In this document: piece after piece, positions 38,876 to 48,035 of the stretch | How the letters are laid out: every line of letters begins with the position of its first letter | Position numbering within the stretch: the first letter of the stretch is position 1 | Source: Bacteroidales bacterium UBA3709 | Lineage (GTDB): Bacteria > Bacteroidota > Bacteroidia > Bacteroidales > UBA932 | DNA: 64,000 nt | Direction of reading: 5' to 3' | Assembly: GCA_002372015.1 (NCBI GenBank) | Contig: DFIA01000092.1 | Coordinates: forward strand, 15,880-79,879 | Made by a program: the position numbers and the translations under genes | The notes under the pieces: model-generated | Databases searched by the model: none | Told to the model about the DNA's origin: nothing | Seen by the model: only the letters and a program-made list of their open reading frames with translations

Positions 38876-39970
38876 TTATAAGATTGCTTCTGCAATTTTC
38901 AGGAAGCTTTCTTTTACTATTTGGTTATCAAGTGCGGCCGGCCTACCAGAATCTCCTCCTTCCATAATGCTCATAACAATAGGAACTTGCCCCAACAGAG
39001 GCAAATTGTATTTGTCTGCCATCTTTCTTCCGCCTTCTTTTCCAAAAATATAGTACTTGTTGTTTGGTAGTTCTTGTGGAGTAAACCAACTCATGTTTTC
39101 AACAATGCCAAGAATTGGAGTATTTACATCTTTGTTTTGGAACATGCTAATACCTTTTTCTACATCTGCAAGTGCTATTTGTTGTGGTGTAGTTACTATT
39201 ATTGCGCCGGTGAGCGGAATTTCCTGAACCATTGTGATATGAATATCTCCTGTTCCTGGAGGAAGGTCTATTAACAGGTAGTCTAATTCTCCCCACAATA
39301 CTCCATAGGATAGCTGTTTAAGTGCACTGCATGCCATAGGTCCTCTCCAGATAAGTGCTTGTTCGGGCTTTGTAAAATAGCCTATACTCATCCATTTTAC
39401 ACCGTACTTTACGATAGGCATTATTAGGTCTGTTTCTACCCCATCTCGCTCTTGTTTGGTAGCAGGAGGGAGCTCTTCTTCTGTATCGGTCATTTTAGGA
39501 ATAGACGGACCGTATATATCAGCATCTAAAAGCCCTACTTTATACCCTTTTTGACTCAAGGCAATAGCAAGATTTACAGCCACGGAAGACTTGCCAACTC
39601 CTCCTTTTCCAGAAGCTATGGCTATAATGTTGGCCACACCCTGCAACTCTTTTTTTTCAAAATTGCCTTTCTTGGTTTGTGCTACTTTTTTTCGCTCGGT
39701 AGCCTTTTGTGAATCTATCAGAACAAGTATGCTGGATTTGGCCTTAGGGAAGGCTTTTTTTAGGGCTTTTTCGCAGGATTCCTTTATGGCGTTAGACATA
39801 GGGTCGTTGCGAAGGAAAACAAGCCGGAACTTTATTGTTCCGGCATTGTCGTTGCTGCTATCTGATATATATTCGAGGTTCTTAACTAAATTTAATTCTA
39901 TAATACTGCGTTCGTATTCGGGATGAAAAACTAAGTTTAGAACTTCTTCTATCTCAGAAAGTTGAATCAT
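38876..39970 (-). CDS. Mrp/NBP35-family Fe-S cluster carrier ATPase (ApbC-like)
   Basis: 364 aa. N-terminal DUF59-like segment, deviant Walker A IASGKGGVGKSS, and LLIDLPPGTGD. Confidence 0.85.
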   Translation of the reverse strand: MIQLSEIEEVLNLVFHPEYERSIIELNLVKNLEYISDSSNDNAGTIKFRLVFLRNDPMSNAIKESCEKALKKAFPKAKSSILVLIDSQKATERKKVAQTKKGNFEKKELQGVANIIAIASGKGGVGKSSVAVNLAIALSQKGYKVGLLDADIYGPSIPKMTDTEEELPPATKQERDGVETDLIMPIVKYGVKWMSIGYFTKPEQALIWRGPMACSALKQLSYGVLWGELDYLLIDLPPGTGDIHITMVQEIPLTGAIIVTTPQQIALADVEKGISMFQNKDVNTPILGIVENMSWFTPQELPNNKYYIFGKEGGRKMADKYNLPLLGQVPIVMSIMEGGDSGRPAALDNQIVKESFLKIAEAIL

Positions 39971-39974
39971 GATA

Positions 39975-42104
39975 TTAGTATTTTATATCCATTTCTTTCA
40001 GCAGATATCCGGCGCCGCCAAACTTGTCTATAATAAACAGCACATAACGGATATCTACATTTATACATCTTTGTAGATTAGGCTCAAAGATAATATCTCC
40101 GCTCATTGCTTCCCAGTTGCCGTCGAAGGCCAGGCCGATAAGCTCTCCCTTGGCATTTAGTACATCGCTGCCAGAATTTCCTCCGGTAATATCGTTGTTT
40201 GTGAGGAAGCAAACAGGCATTTCGCCATTAGCCAAAGCATATTTTCCGTAATCTTTATTCTGATACAATTCTTTGAGTTTTGCAGGAACTATAAACTCAG
40301 GGTCTTCTGGATTTTCTTTCTGCATAATACCCTCAAGAGTTGTGTAGTAGTTGTAAGTAACACCATCTTTAGGGCTGTAGCCGCCAACCTTTCCATAGGA
40401 GAGCCTCATGGTAAAGTTTGCGTCTGGATAAATAGGGTTATTTCCATTCATTTCCATAAGGCCCTTCATGTATGCTTTTTTAGCCTTTCCAAATTCTTCT
40501 GAATTTTTATTTACCTCTTCCATCATAGGACGGTAAGAGGTAGAGAATTCCATTAAATATTTGAAAGCCGGATCTTCTCTAAGATTAAAGTTTTCGTCCA
40601 TAAGGGCTTTTACAGCCTTGTCTTGTGAAGTAAATACAGAGTTATCAAAAATGTTATCTACATATTTATCTATACTTCCATCAAACTGTTGCTCTATTGT
40701 TTTGAAACACTGTGGAATATAAGCAGGGTTGGTAACATACTGCTGGAATGTTTTTAACAATACCTTACTGGTTTGGCGGTCGAGTTCCGGAGAATAATCC
40801 TTATAGAATTTTTCTGTACTCTTTACAAAAATCTCTTGAATATCTTCTGGTTTTTGAACTCTGTTTGCTCTTGATGCAGGAGTAAGAATTTCTACATTGT
40901 TGAGGGTTTCCATAAGATAGACAAGAGCTGCGTAAGTCTTGCTTCTTGCGGCCACTATAGAGTTTATAGACTCAACACACTTGCCATATTCGGCTTGTCT
41001 TGCAGGGTTTTGAGCGGCCCATTCGTTGAATATCTTTTCTTCTTCGGCCCTTCTGTCGGCAGTTCCTAACTTTGCAAAAGTTTCGTTCATACCAATACTG
41101 TTTTTGCGATAGTTGGAAGAACTTGCAAACTTGCTCGCATATTGGATATTTGTTTTCTGGTCTGCTCTCATGGCAGCTCTCCACACATTTTCCTTAGCGG
41201 TTCTGGCTATTATTCGCGGAGTATTTTGGGCGTCTCTACGGTCTATAACTTCCTGACTTGTAAGATATCTGTCTGTGCTTCCGGGAAATCCTATAACCAT
41301 TGCAAAGTCTCCGGGCTTATAACCCTTCATAGAGATGCTGAGGAACTTCTTTGGACTGTACGGAACATTGTCTGGAGAATAGCTTGCAGGATTGTTGTCT
41401 TTGTCGGCATATATTCTAAAAACAGAAAAGTCGCCAGTATGTCTTGGCCATTCCCAGTTATCTGTTTCTCCTCCGAATTTTCCAATAGAAGAAGGCGGTG
41501 CCCCAACAAAGCGAATATCGTTAAAAGTTTTAGAAACAACTATATAGTAAGCATTTCCTTGGTAGAAAGAAACAACTCTTGCATTAAGATGCTTGTTATC
41601 TCCGATAGCTGCCTTTACTAAAGAATCGCGGAAGTTGCGCATAAAGCTATCTTGCTGCCTTCCCTCCATAGCAGAAGCTTTGGTTTCTGCTTCTAACATC
41701 TGGTTAGTAACATCTATGAAGCGGTCTATAAAAGTAACGCTCAGACCCGGAGCCGGAAGTTCTTCTGAAAGATTCATAGCCCAGAATCCGTTTGTAAGGT
41801 AATCGTGCTCTGTACTGGAGAGTTGCTGTATGCTGGAATATCCGCAATGGTGGTTAGTAAAAACCAAACCTTGGCCGGAAACAACCTCGGCTGTACACCC
41901 GCCACCAAAAATCATAATAGCATCTTTTAGAGATGAGTGGTTGATGTCGTAAATCTGTTTTGCAGAAAGTTTGCAGCCGTTTTGCTGCATAACTTTTATA
42001 TTCATTTTTTCAAGAAGTGGGAGTAGCCACATTCCCTCATCTGCAGAAGCCGAAACAGGTAGTATCAGCATCAAGGCAAAGGCTAAAAGTTTAAATTTCT
42101 TCAT
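39975..42104 (-). CDS. S46-family dipeptidyl-peptidase (DPP7/DPP11-like)
   Basis: 709 aa. Signal peptide then DEGMWL, TNHHCG (His), and catalytic-Ser context TGGNSGS. Confidence 0.88.
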   Translation of the reverse strand: MKKFKLLAFALMLILPVSASADEGMWLLPLLEKMNIKVMQQNGCKLSAKQIYDINHSSLKDAIMIFGGGCTAEVVSGQGLVFTNHHCGYSSIQQLSSTEHDYLTNGFWAMNLSEELPAPGLSVTFIDRFIDVTNQMLEAETKASAMEGRQQDSFMRNFRDSLVKAAIGDNKHLNARVVSFYQGNAYYIVVSKTFNDIRFVGAPPSSIGKFGGETDNWEWPRHTGDFSVFRIYADKDNNPASYSPDNVPYSPKKFLSISMKGYKPGDFAMVIGFPGSTDRYLTSQEVIDRRDAQNTPRIIARTAKENVWRAAMRADQKTNIQYASKFASSSNYRKNSIGMNETFAKLGTADRRAEEEKIFNEWAAQNPARQAEYGKCVESINSIVAARSKTYAALVYLMETLNNVEILTPASRANRVQKPEDIQEIFVKSTEKFYKDYSPELDRQTSKVLLKTFQQYVTNPAYIPQCFKTIEQQFDGSIDKYVDNIFDNSVFTSQDKAVKALMDENFNLREDPAFKYLMEFSTSYRPMMEEVNKNSEEFGKAKKAYMKGLMEMNGNNPIYPDANFTMRLSYGKVGGYSPKDGVTYNYYTTLEGIMQKENPEDPEFIVPAKLKELYQNKDYGKYALANGEMPVCFLTNNDITGGNSGSDVLNAKGELIGLAFDGNWEAMSGDIIFEPNLQRCINVDIRYVLFIIDKFGGAGYLLKEMDIKY

Positions 42105-42278
42105 ATAAAATCTGTTTTATGTTTTTATGTTTATTCTCGAACATCAAAGACGTCTAATGCATAGACGTACCCAAATGCCTTTTGTTGCGTAAAAATAACA
42201 AAATAGAGCCATAAAGCAAAACAGAACTACAACTCCTTGCATCCGTCTGGCTCTTCTTTAAACGATTGTATAAGACTA

Positions 42279-42644
42279 ATGACATATACACTTTATCCTT
42301 TTATAGAATCTAAGTATAAAAAAGTGTTTGATGCGAAGGCTTCTGACATATCAGAAACTTTTTGATATTACCAAGGGCGCCCATTGGCTAAATTTTTTGA
42401 CTATCCGGAATTTAGTGCCGGATCTAAACTATTCCCGTATTGGCCGGTAGATTGTACTCTGCAGAATCTTTCGCAGAGAGATCTGAAAATGTTGTTGTCT
42501 GCAGATCCAGATCAATCTTTAATTGCTTATCTGTATTTTGAAGAGTTTCCAGATGTTCCCGGAGATTATGATATAATGGTAGAGATAATTGATGAGAGCG
42601 GAAAGGTTTATACTTCTGATCTGACTATGAAGTTCGATTTCTGA
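42279..42644 (+). pseudogene. Small hypothetical ORF interrupted by one in-frame TGA (28 codons + TGA + 92 codons). Alternatively an 86-aa TTG-initiated ORF at 42384-42644.
   Basis: ATG 42279 opens MTYTLYPFIESKYKKVFDAKASDISETF. TGA at 42363-65 is in the same frame as the 42384 ORF. No family recognised. Confidence 0.3.
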
Positions 42645-42734
42645 TAAGCCGCAGGCGAATCTAAAAGCATGTACATTGTGTGTGTGGTAGGTATAGCGGA
42701 GATTCTTTCTATTGTAGAGAAAGGGCTTTTTTAT

Positions 42735-42742
42735 TATATTTG
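42735..42742 (+). promoter_or_regulatory. Candidate -7 promoter box for the EF-G paralog (TATATTTG)
   Basis: Matches TAnnTTTG, 39 nt upstream of ATG 42782. Confidence 0.4.
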
Positions 42743-42781
42743 ACACCTTGAAATAGAAAAAAGCAATCAAAATTAGTAACA

Positions 42782-44932
42782 ATGAAGACATACGAAACCA
42801 AAAATGTGAGGAATGTCGTTCTGCTGGGAAGCCCTAAATCGGGCAAAACAACTTTTGCAGAAAGTATGATGTTCGAGGGCAAGGTTATAGACCGCCGTGG
42901 TTCTGTTGAGGGTAAAAACACAATGAGTGATAACACCGAGATAGAGCAGATATATCAGAGATCTATTTATTCCACACTCTTGTACACAGAGTATAACAGC
43001 ACCAAATTCAACATAATAGATACTCCAGGTTCCGATGACTTTGTTGGTGGAGTGTATTCTGCCTTTACTGTTTGCGACAGTGGAATTGTGTTGGTTAATT
43101 CTAGCCAGGGAGTAGAAGTTGGAACAGAGTTATTTATCCGTCATGCCCAGAAGGCAAAGAAACCTTTAGTAATAGCAGTAAACCAACTCGATAGCGAAAA
43201 GGCAGACTGGCATCTTGCTATAGATAGCTTAAAAAATGTTTATGGCAGCAAGATAGTTCTTGTTCAGTTTCCAATAGAGGTGGGTGCCGGATTCAATGCC
43301 TTTATAGATGTTCTTAAAATGAAGATGTACCGTTTCAAAGATGAAAACGGCACAAGGGAAGAACTGGAAATTCCTGCAGACAAGTTAGATGAAGCTCAGG
43401 AACTTCAGCAGCAGCTAATAGAAAAAGCTGCAGAGAACGACGAAAAACTGATGGAGATATTTTTTGATAAGGGCTCTCTTACCGAAGATGAAATTCGCTC
43501 CGGACTCAGAGCCGGTATGCTTCAAGACGAGATATTTCCGGTATTCTGCCTTTCTGCAAAGAAAGACATTGGCGTAAAGAGAATTATGGAGTTTGTTATC
43601 AACACTTTGCCAAACCCGGGAGAGTATGAAAGCGAACTAAAAGACGGAGGTAAAGTAAAGGTAGATGCATCTGCGCCAACATCTTTGTTCTTCTATAAAA
43701 CTGCATTGGAACAGCATCTTGGCGATGTTGCATATTTTAAGGTAATGAGTGGAACCTTAAAGGAGGGAATGGACCTTGTAAATCCAGAAACAGGCGACAA
43801 AGAAAGGATTTCCGTTATATATGCAGCGGCCGGTAAGAAGAGGGAAAAAATTTCTGAAATAGCAGCTGGTGATATTGGTTGTACCGTAAAACTCAAGAGT
43901 ATTAAAGTAGGACAGAGTCTCTGCAATGGTTGCGAGTATGTATTTGCTCCTACCAAGTTCCCAGAGCCTAAGTTCCGTACAGCCATAAAGGCTAAAGAAG
44001 AAAAAGATGAGGAAAAGCTCGGAGAACTTCTCAATAGAGCATCGGCAGAAGATCCTACTATAGTTGTTGAGTATTCAAAGGAGTTGAAGCAGACAATACT
44101 TTCCGGACAAGGCGAGCACCATATAAACATTCTTAAATGGAAGCTCAACAATGTAGATAAGCTTGAAATAGAATTGATGGCTCCTAAAATTCCTTATAGA
44201 GAAACAATTACTAAAGTTGCTGTTGCCGAATACAGGCATAAGAAGCAATCTGGAGGAGCAGGTCAGTTTGGAGAAGTGCACTTGTTGATAGAACCTTACT
44301 TTGAGGGCAAGGCAGAAAACAATAAGTTTAAGGTAGATGGACAGGAAATGGTGCTTAACGTAAAGGGCAAAGAAGAGTATCCTTTAGAATGGGGTGGAAA
44401 GTTGGAATACTATAACTGCGTTGTGGGAGGTGCTATAGATGCACGCTTTATGCCGGCAATTCTAAAGGGAATAATGGAGAAAATGACAGAAGGCCCGTTA
44501 ACCGGATCTTATGCCAGAGATATTCGTGTTTATGTGTTTGATGGTAAGATGCACCCGGTAGATTCTAACGAACTTTCCTTTAAGTTGGCGGCCCGTAATG
44601 CCTTTAAAGAAGCTTTTAAGAAGGCAGGTCCTAAAATTATGGAGCCCATTTACAACATAGAGGTAATGGTTCCTTCTGATTGCATGGGAGATGTAATGAG
44701 CGACTTACAGAATCGCCGTGCCCTTATAGAAGGAATGCAAAGCGAGAATGGTTTTGAGGTGCTTAGGGCCAGAATACCCCTTGCAGAGCTTTACAGATAT
44801 TCAACAACCCTAAGTTCTCTTACTTCCGGACGGGCTACCTTTACGCAGAAATTTGCAGAATATCAGCAGGTTCCTGCAGATGTTCAGGAGAAGCTGCTAA
44901 AGGCTTACGAAGAGAGCGAAAAAGACGAATAA
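42782..44932 (+). CDS. Elongation factor G paralog (EF-G2-like) with degenerate GTPase motifs
   Basis: 716 aa with full EF-G five-domain length. G1 GSPKSGKTT, G3 DTPGSDDF (Ser where EF-G has His), and G4 NQLD instead of NKxD. Confidence 0.85.
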   Translation: MKTYETKNVRNVVLLGSPKSGKTTFAESMMFEGKVIDRRGSVEGKNTMSDNTEIEQIYQRSIYSTLLYTEYNSTKFNIIDTPGSDDFVGGVYSAFTVCDSGIVLVNSSQGVEVGTELFIRHAQKAKKPLVIAVNQLDSEKADWHLAIDSLKNVYGSKIVLVQFPIEVGAGFNAFIDVLKMKMYRFKDENGTREELEIPADKLDEAQELQQQLIEKAAENDEKLMEIFFDKGSLTEDEIRSGLRAGMLQDEIFPVFCLSAKKDIGVKRIMEFVINTLPNPGEYESELKDGGKVKVDASAPTSLFFYKTALEQHLGDVAYFKVMSGTLKEGMDLVNPETGDKERISVIYAAAGKKREKISEIAAGDIGCTVKLKSIKVGQSLCNGCEYVFAPTKFPEPKFRTAIKAKEEKDEEKLGELLNRASAEDPTIVVEYSKELKQTILSGQGEHHINILKWKLNNVDKLEIELMAPKIPYRETITKVAVAEYRHKKQSGGAGQFGEVHLLIEPYFEGKAENNKFKVDGQEMVLNVKGKEEYPLEWGGKLEYYNCVVGGAIDARFMPAILKGIMEKMTEGPLTGSYARDIRVYVFDGKMHPVDSNELSFKLAARNAFKEAFKKAGPKIMEPIYNIEVMVPSDCMGDVMSDLQNRRALIEGMQSENGFEVLRARIPLAELYRYSTTLSSLTSGRATFTQKFAEYQQVPADVQEKLLKAYEESEKDE

Positions 44933-45609
44933 TGATTATCTCTTGTGATAATATAACCAAGGCCTTTGGAACCAATAAGGTTCTTAAAGGCCTTAGTTTT
45001 ACGGCTAAAGAGAGAGAGGTTCTGAGCATTGTAGGTGCCAGCGGAGCAGGTAAAACCACATTGTTGCAGATACTTGGAACTATTCTTGTGCCAGACTCCG
45101 GGAAAATTTATATAGATGGAGTAGATGTATTTTCGCTCAATCAACGTAGTCTGTCTTCATTCCGTAACCAGAAGATAGGGTTTGTTTTTCAGTTTCATCA
45201 CTTACTTCCGGAGTTTACTGCAATAGAAAACATAATGCTTCCGGCACTTATAGGGAAGTATGAAAAAGCCTCTGTAACCTATCTGTCAGACAAACAGATA
45301 CGCTCTAATGCCGAGGTTTTATTGGCTGAACTTGGCCTTTGGGGCAAAGCAGATAGCCGGCCTTCCCAACTCAGTGGAGGAGAGCAGCAGAGAGTGGCTA
45401 TTGCAAGAGCTATGATAAATAACCCCAAAATTATATTTGCAGACGAGCCAAGCGGGAATCTCGATAGTAAAACAAAACAAGATTTGCACGATTTGTTTTT
45501 TAAAATGAGAGATTCTCATAATCAAACAATAATAATTGTTACACACGACGAATCTTTGGCTAAAAGATGCGACCGCTGCCTTGTGCTTAAAGATGGTGTT
45601 TTTGTCTGA
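44932..45609 (+). CDS. ABC transporter ATP-binding protein (LolD/MacB-ATPase-like)
   Basis: 225 aa. Walker A GASGAGKTT, signature LSGGEQQR, and Walker B IIFADEPSGNLD. Its ATG overlaps the EF-G paralog TAA (TAATG). Confidence 0.85.
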   Translation: MIISCDNITKAFGTNKVLKGLSFTAKEREVLSIVGASGAGKTTLLQILGTILVPDSGKIYIDGVDVFSLNQRSLSSFRNQKIGFVFQFHHLLPEFTAIENIMLPALIGKYEKASVTYLSDKQIRSNAEVLLAELGLWGKADSRPSQLSGGEQQRVAIARAMINNPKIIFADEPSGNLDSKTKQDLHDLFFKMRDSHNQTIIIVTHDESLAKRCDRCLVLKDGVFV

Positions 45610-45624
45610 AACATAGCCTGCTAT

Positions 45625-46374
45625 ATGAGTAATAACTTCTTTAGATTCAAACAGTTTGTGGTTAAACAGAATGAAGTGTCTATGCGGGTAAATACAGATG
45701 GGGTTTTACTGGGAGCTTGGTTTTCTTTACCAGAGCAAGCAGAAATCAAAGTGCTGGACGTGGGATGTGGCACGGGAGTTATAGCTTTGATGGCTTGCCA
45801 ACGCCTTGCAGAACTTAAAAAACAATTTAATGTAGATGCAGTAGATATAGACGAGCGTTCCTGCATACAGGCAGCCGAAAATTTTTCTTCTTCTCCATGG
45901 GCAGAGCATCTAAGAGTATTTGCTTTAGGTTTTTGCAACTTTGCAGAAAGTAGTAAAACTCAGTACGATGTAGTTGTATCTAACCCGCCTTTCTTTAATA
46001 ATTCTCTGAAAAATATTGCTGCAGCCAAAAGAGCAGCTCGCCATACAGATATGCTAAATTACAGGCAACTGATAGAATCTTCCATAAGCATTCTTGCGCC
46101 AAAAGGCAGTTTGGCGGTTATTCTGCCTTTAGAAGAATCTTCTTTATTCAAAGCTATAGCCCAAGAAAAAGACTTGTGCCTGTTTAGAATCTGCCGTGTT
46201 TTCTCTAAGAGAGGAGATGTTAATCCAAAGCGGTTAATGATGGAGTATCGTCTGTTGCGGGGAGAAGAAAATACAGAGGCCCTCATTACCGAAAACCTCT
46301 GTATAATGGACGAAAACCTCCAATTTACGCCTGAATATAAAAAGCTTACAGGAGATTTCTATTTAAAGTTCTAA
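45625..46374 (+). CDS. tRNA (adenine37-N6)-methyltransferase-like SAM methyltransferase (TrmN6/YfiC family)
   Basis: 249 aa. FRFKQF...V..DGVLLG, SAM motif LDVGCGTGVI, and catalytic NPPFF. Confidence 0.75.
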   Translation: MSNNFFRFKQFVVKQNEVSMRVNTDGVLLGAWFSLPEQAEIKVLDVGCGTGVIALMACQRLAELKKQFNVDAVDIDERSCIQAAENFSSSPWAEHLRVFALGFCNFAESSKTQYDVVVSNPPFFNNSLKNIAAAKRAARHTDMLNYRQLIESSISILAPKGSLAVILPLEESSLFKAIAQEKDLCLFRICRVFSKRGDVNPKRLMMEYRLLRGEENTEALITENLCIMDENLQFTPEYKKLTGDFYLKF

Positions 46375-46874
46375 TTAACTTTTTCTTTTTTTTGGTTTTG
46401 GTTCCGGATGTTTTTTCCACTGAGTAAAGTAAGTAACTCGTTCATAAACCGCTCTTCTACTAATCTTACCAAGGCCGCTTTCTTGGCCGGTAACACTTTT
46501 AGATATTCGTAGTAATGAAGCTTTTGCAAAGAAGCCTCCCTGTCTAAATTCTGATAATAGGTTTCGGCTAAAGAGCGCATGCTTTCGTCTGAAGTATTTG
46601 CATCTTTAGCGGCTATATGTAAAGCTTTTGCGCTTTTACGAATTTCTTTGCGATTAGCATACCTTTCTTCTTCGCACTTGTTGTAAACAGGCCAAAAGTT
46701 CTGAGCTTCTTCACTGGTCAGTTGTAAGTGCTTGGTAAAGAAAGCTATTTTTCGGCTTTGGATTTCAGCCATCTTCTGTTCGTATTTTTCGCGATTGCTG
46801 TTTTCCTTGTTGTTTTGCGCAAAACCAAGAGAGCAGAAAGCAAGAGTTAAAAACAAGAAGAAAATCTTTCTCAT
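46371..46874 (-). CDS. Periplasmic helical protein (Spy/CpxP-like candidate)
   Basis: Start moved to MRKIFFLFLTLAFCSLGFAQ (46874). Charged helical composition. Last gene of the ECF sigma operon. Confidence 0.4.
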   Translation of the reverse strand: MRKIFFLFLTLAFCSLGFAQNNKENSNREKYEQKMAEIQSRKIAFFTKHLQLTSEEAQNFWPVYNKCEEERYANRKEIRKSAKALHIAAKDANTSDESMRSLAETYYQNLDREASLQKLHYYEYLKVLPAKKAALVRLVEERFMNELLTLLSGKNIRNQNQKKEKVN

Positions 46875-46912
46875 AACAAATGTTTTATATTGCTTATCAA
46901 AAAATAACAATT

Positions 46913-47401
46913 CTATTTATTAGACAGTTCTTCTGCCAACAAGCCTGGAAAAGAAGGAGCCATTAAAGAAATGTATTCTTCTATGGCGAGGTATTCTTCA
47001 TCTGTCAGACCTACTGTTTCAGGAATATCGATAGTATTGCTATAGTGGTACATTTCAGCTACCTCTATAGCCCCAAACTTACTGATAAGGCTATCCATCA
47101 CTATTTGCCCTTCTTCTGAAAGCTGTATTTGTGAGTTTTCGGCCAAATTAGCTTGTTGCACATTATTAGTAAGGCGCATAACTCCCCATCCTAACCCGGC
47201 GACAATAAGAAAAGATGCCGCTAAAGTAAGACCGGCCTTCAAAGAAGTAATCAATAGTCCTCTCTTCTGCACAGGGGTATTGAAGCATTTTTCTTGTAAT
47301 CTTTGTTCAACGCTTTGGAAATATCCCTCCGGAACAGAGAAAGGAATCTTTCTCATCTTTGCCCTTTCAAGTAGTTCGCTATCTTTTATTCTGTCTGTCA
47401 T
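46913..47401 (-). CDS. Putative anti-sigma factor, single-pass membrane protein
   Basis: 162 aa with one central TM (LLITSLKAGLTLAASFLIVAGLGWGV). Located immediately downstream of the ECF sigma gene. Confidence 0.4.
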   Translation of the reverse strand: MTDRIKDSELLERAKMRKIPFSVPEGYFQSVEQRLQEKCFNTPVQKRGLLITSLKAGLTLAASFLIVAGLGWGVMRLTNNVQQANLAENSQIQLSEEGQIVMDSLISKFGAIEVAEMYHYSNTIDIPETVGLTDEEYLAIEEYISLMAPSFPGLLAEELSNK

Positions 47402-47480
47402 GTTGTAAAATCTATTTTAAAATTTAACCACACGCTATTTGTTTAGATGGCAATTGTGTACTAAAGTAAAATCACTATGT

Positions 47481-48014
47481 TTATATATCTCGCAATTGTT
47501 TTTCTATTTTTTTATAAGCCAGGGAATAAGAGGCTTTAACCGCATCTGTGTTGCTGTCTAAAATTTCTGCAATAAGGCTGTATTCCATATCCTGAAAGTA
47601 CCGCATTGAGAAAATGGCTCTTTGTTTGTCTGGAAGCTTAGCCACCTCTTTTTGGAGGAGTAGCTGTATGGTATCGCCCGAAAAATAAGGATCGACTGTT
47701 ATGCGGTTTGCCAGTTTGGTTTCGTACGGAGTTAAAGAAAACTTGTTGTTAAATCTCTCTTTTTTCAGAAAAGAAAAGGCCTCGTTAGTGGCTATTCTGT
47801 ATAGCCATGTATAGAGTCCGCTTTCCCACCTAAAGTTAGGGAGGGCTTTCCATGCTTTCATAAAGGTATTCTGAAGAAGGTCGTCAGCATCTTCATGATC
47901 AAGCACCAACTCCCTTAAATGCCAGTATAACCTTTGAGAGAACTCTCGTACAATGATATTAAAGGCTTGTCCACCATCGGAGATAAAAATGTCTCGTATT
48001 TCTTTGTCTGTCAT
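47481..48014 (-). CDS. ECF-type RNA polymerase sigma-70 family factor
   Basis: 177 aa. Region 2 (DADDLLQNTFMKAWKAL...WLYRIATNEA) and region 4 (LPDKQRAIFSMRYFQDMEYSLIAEIL). Confidence 0.8.
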   Translation of the reverse strand: MTDKEIRDIFISDGGQAFNIIVREFSQRLYWHLRELVLDHEDADDLLQNTFMKAWKALPNFRWESGLYTWLYRIATNEAFSFLKKERFNNKFSLTPYETKLANRITVDPYFSGDTIQLLLQKEVAKLPDKQRAIFSMRYFQDMEYSLIAEILDSNTDAVKASYSLAYKKIEKQLRDI

Positions 48015-48035
48015 GGCACCGATAGTGGAAACGGG

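Noticed and set aside
42700-42735. Weak hairpin (TCTTTCT/AGAGAAAG) plus a T-run downstream of the small ORF, as a possible terminator.
   Set aside because: The stem is only 6-7 bp and AT-rich, so support is insufficient to annotate it.
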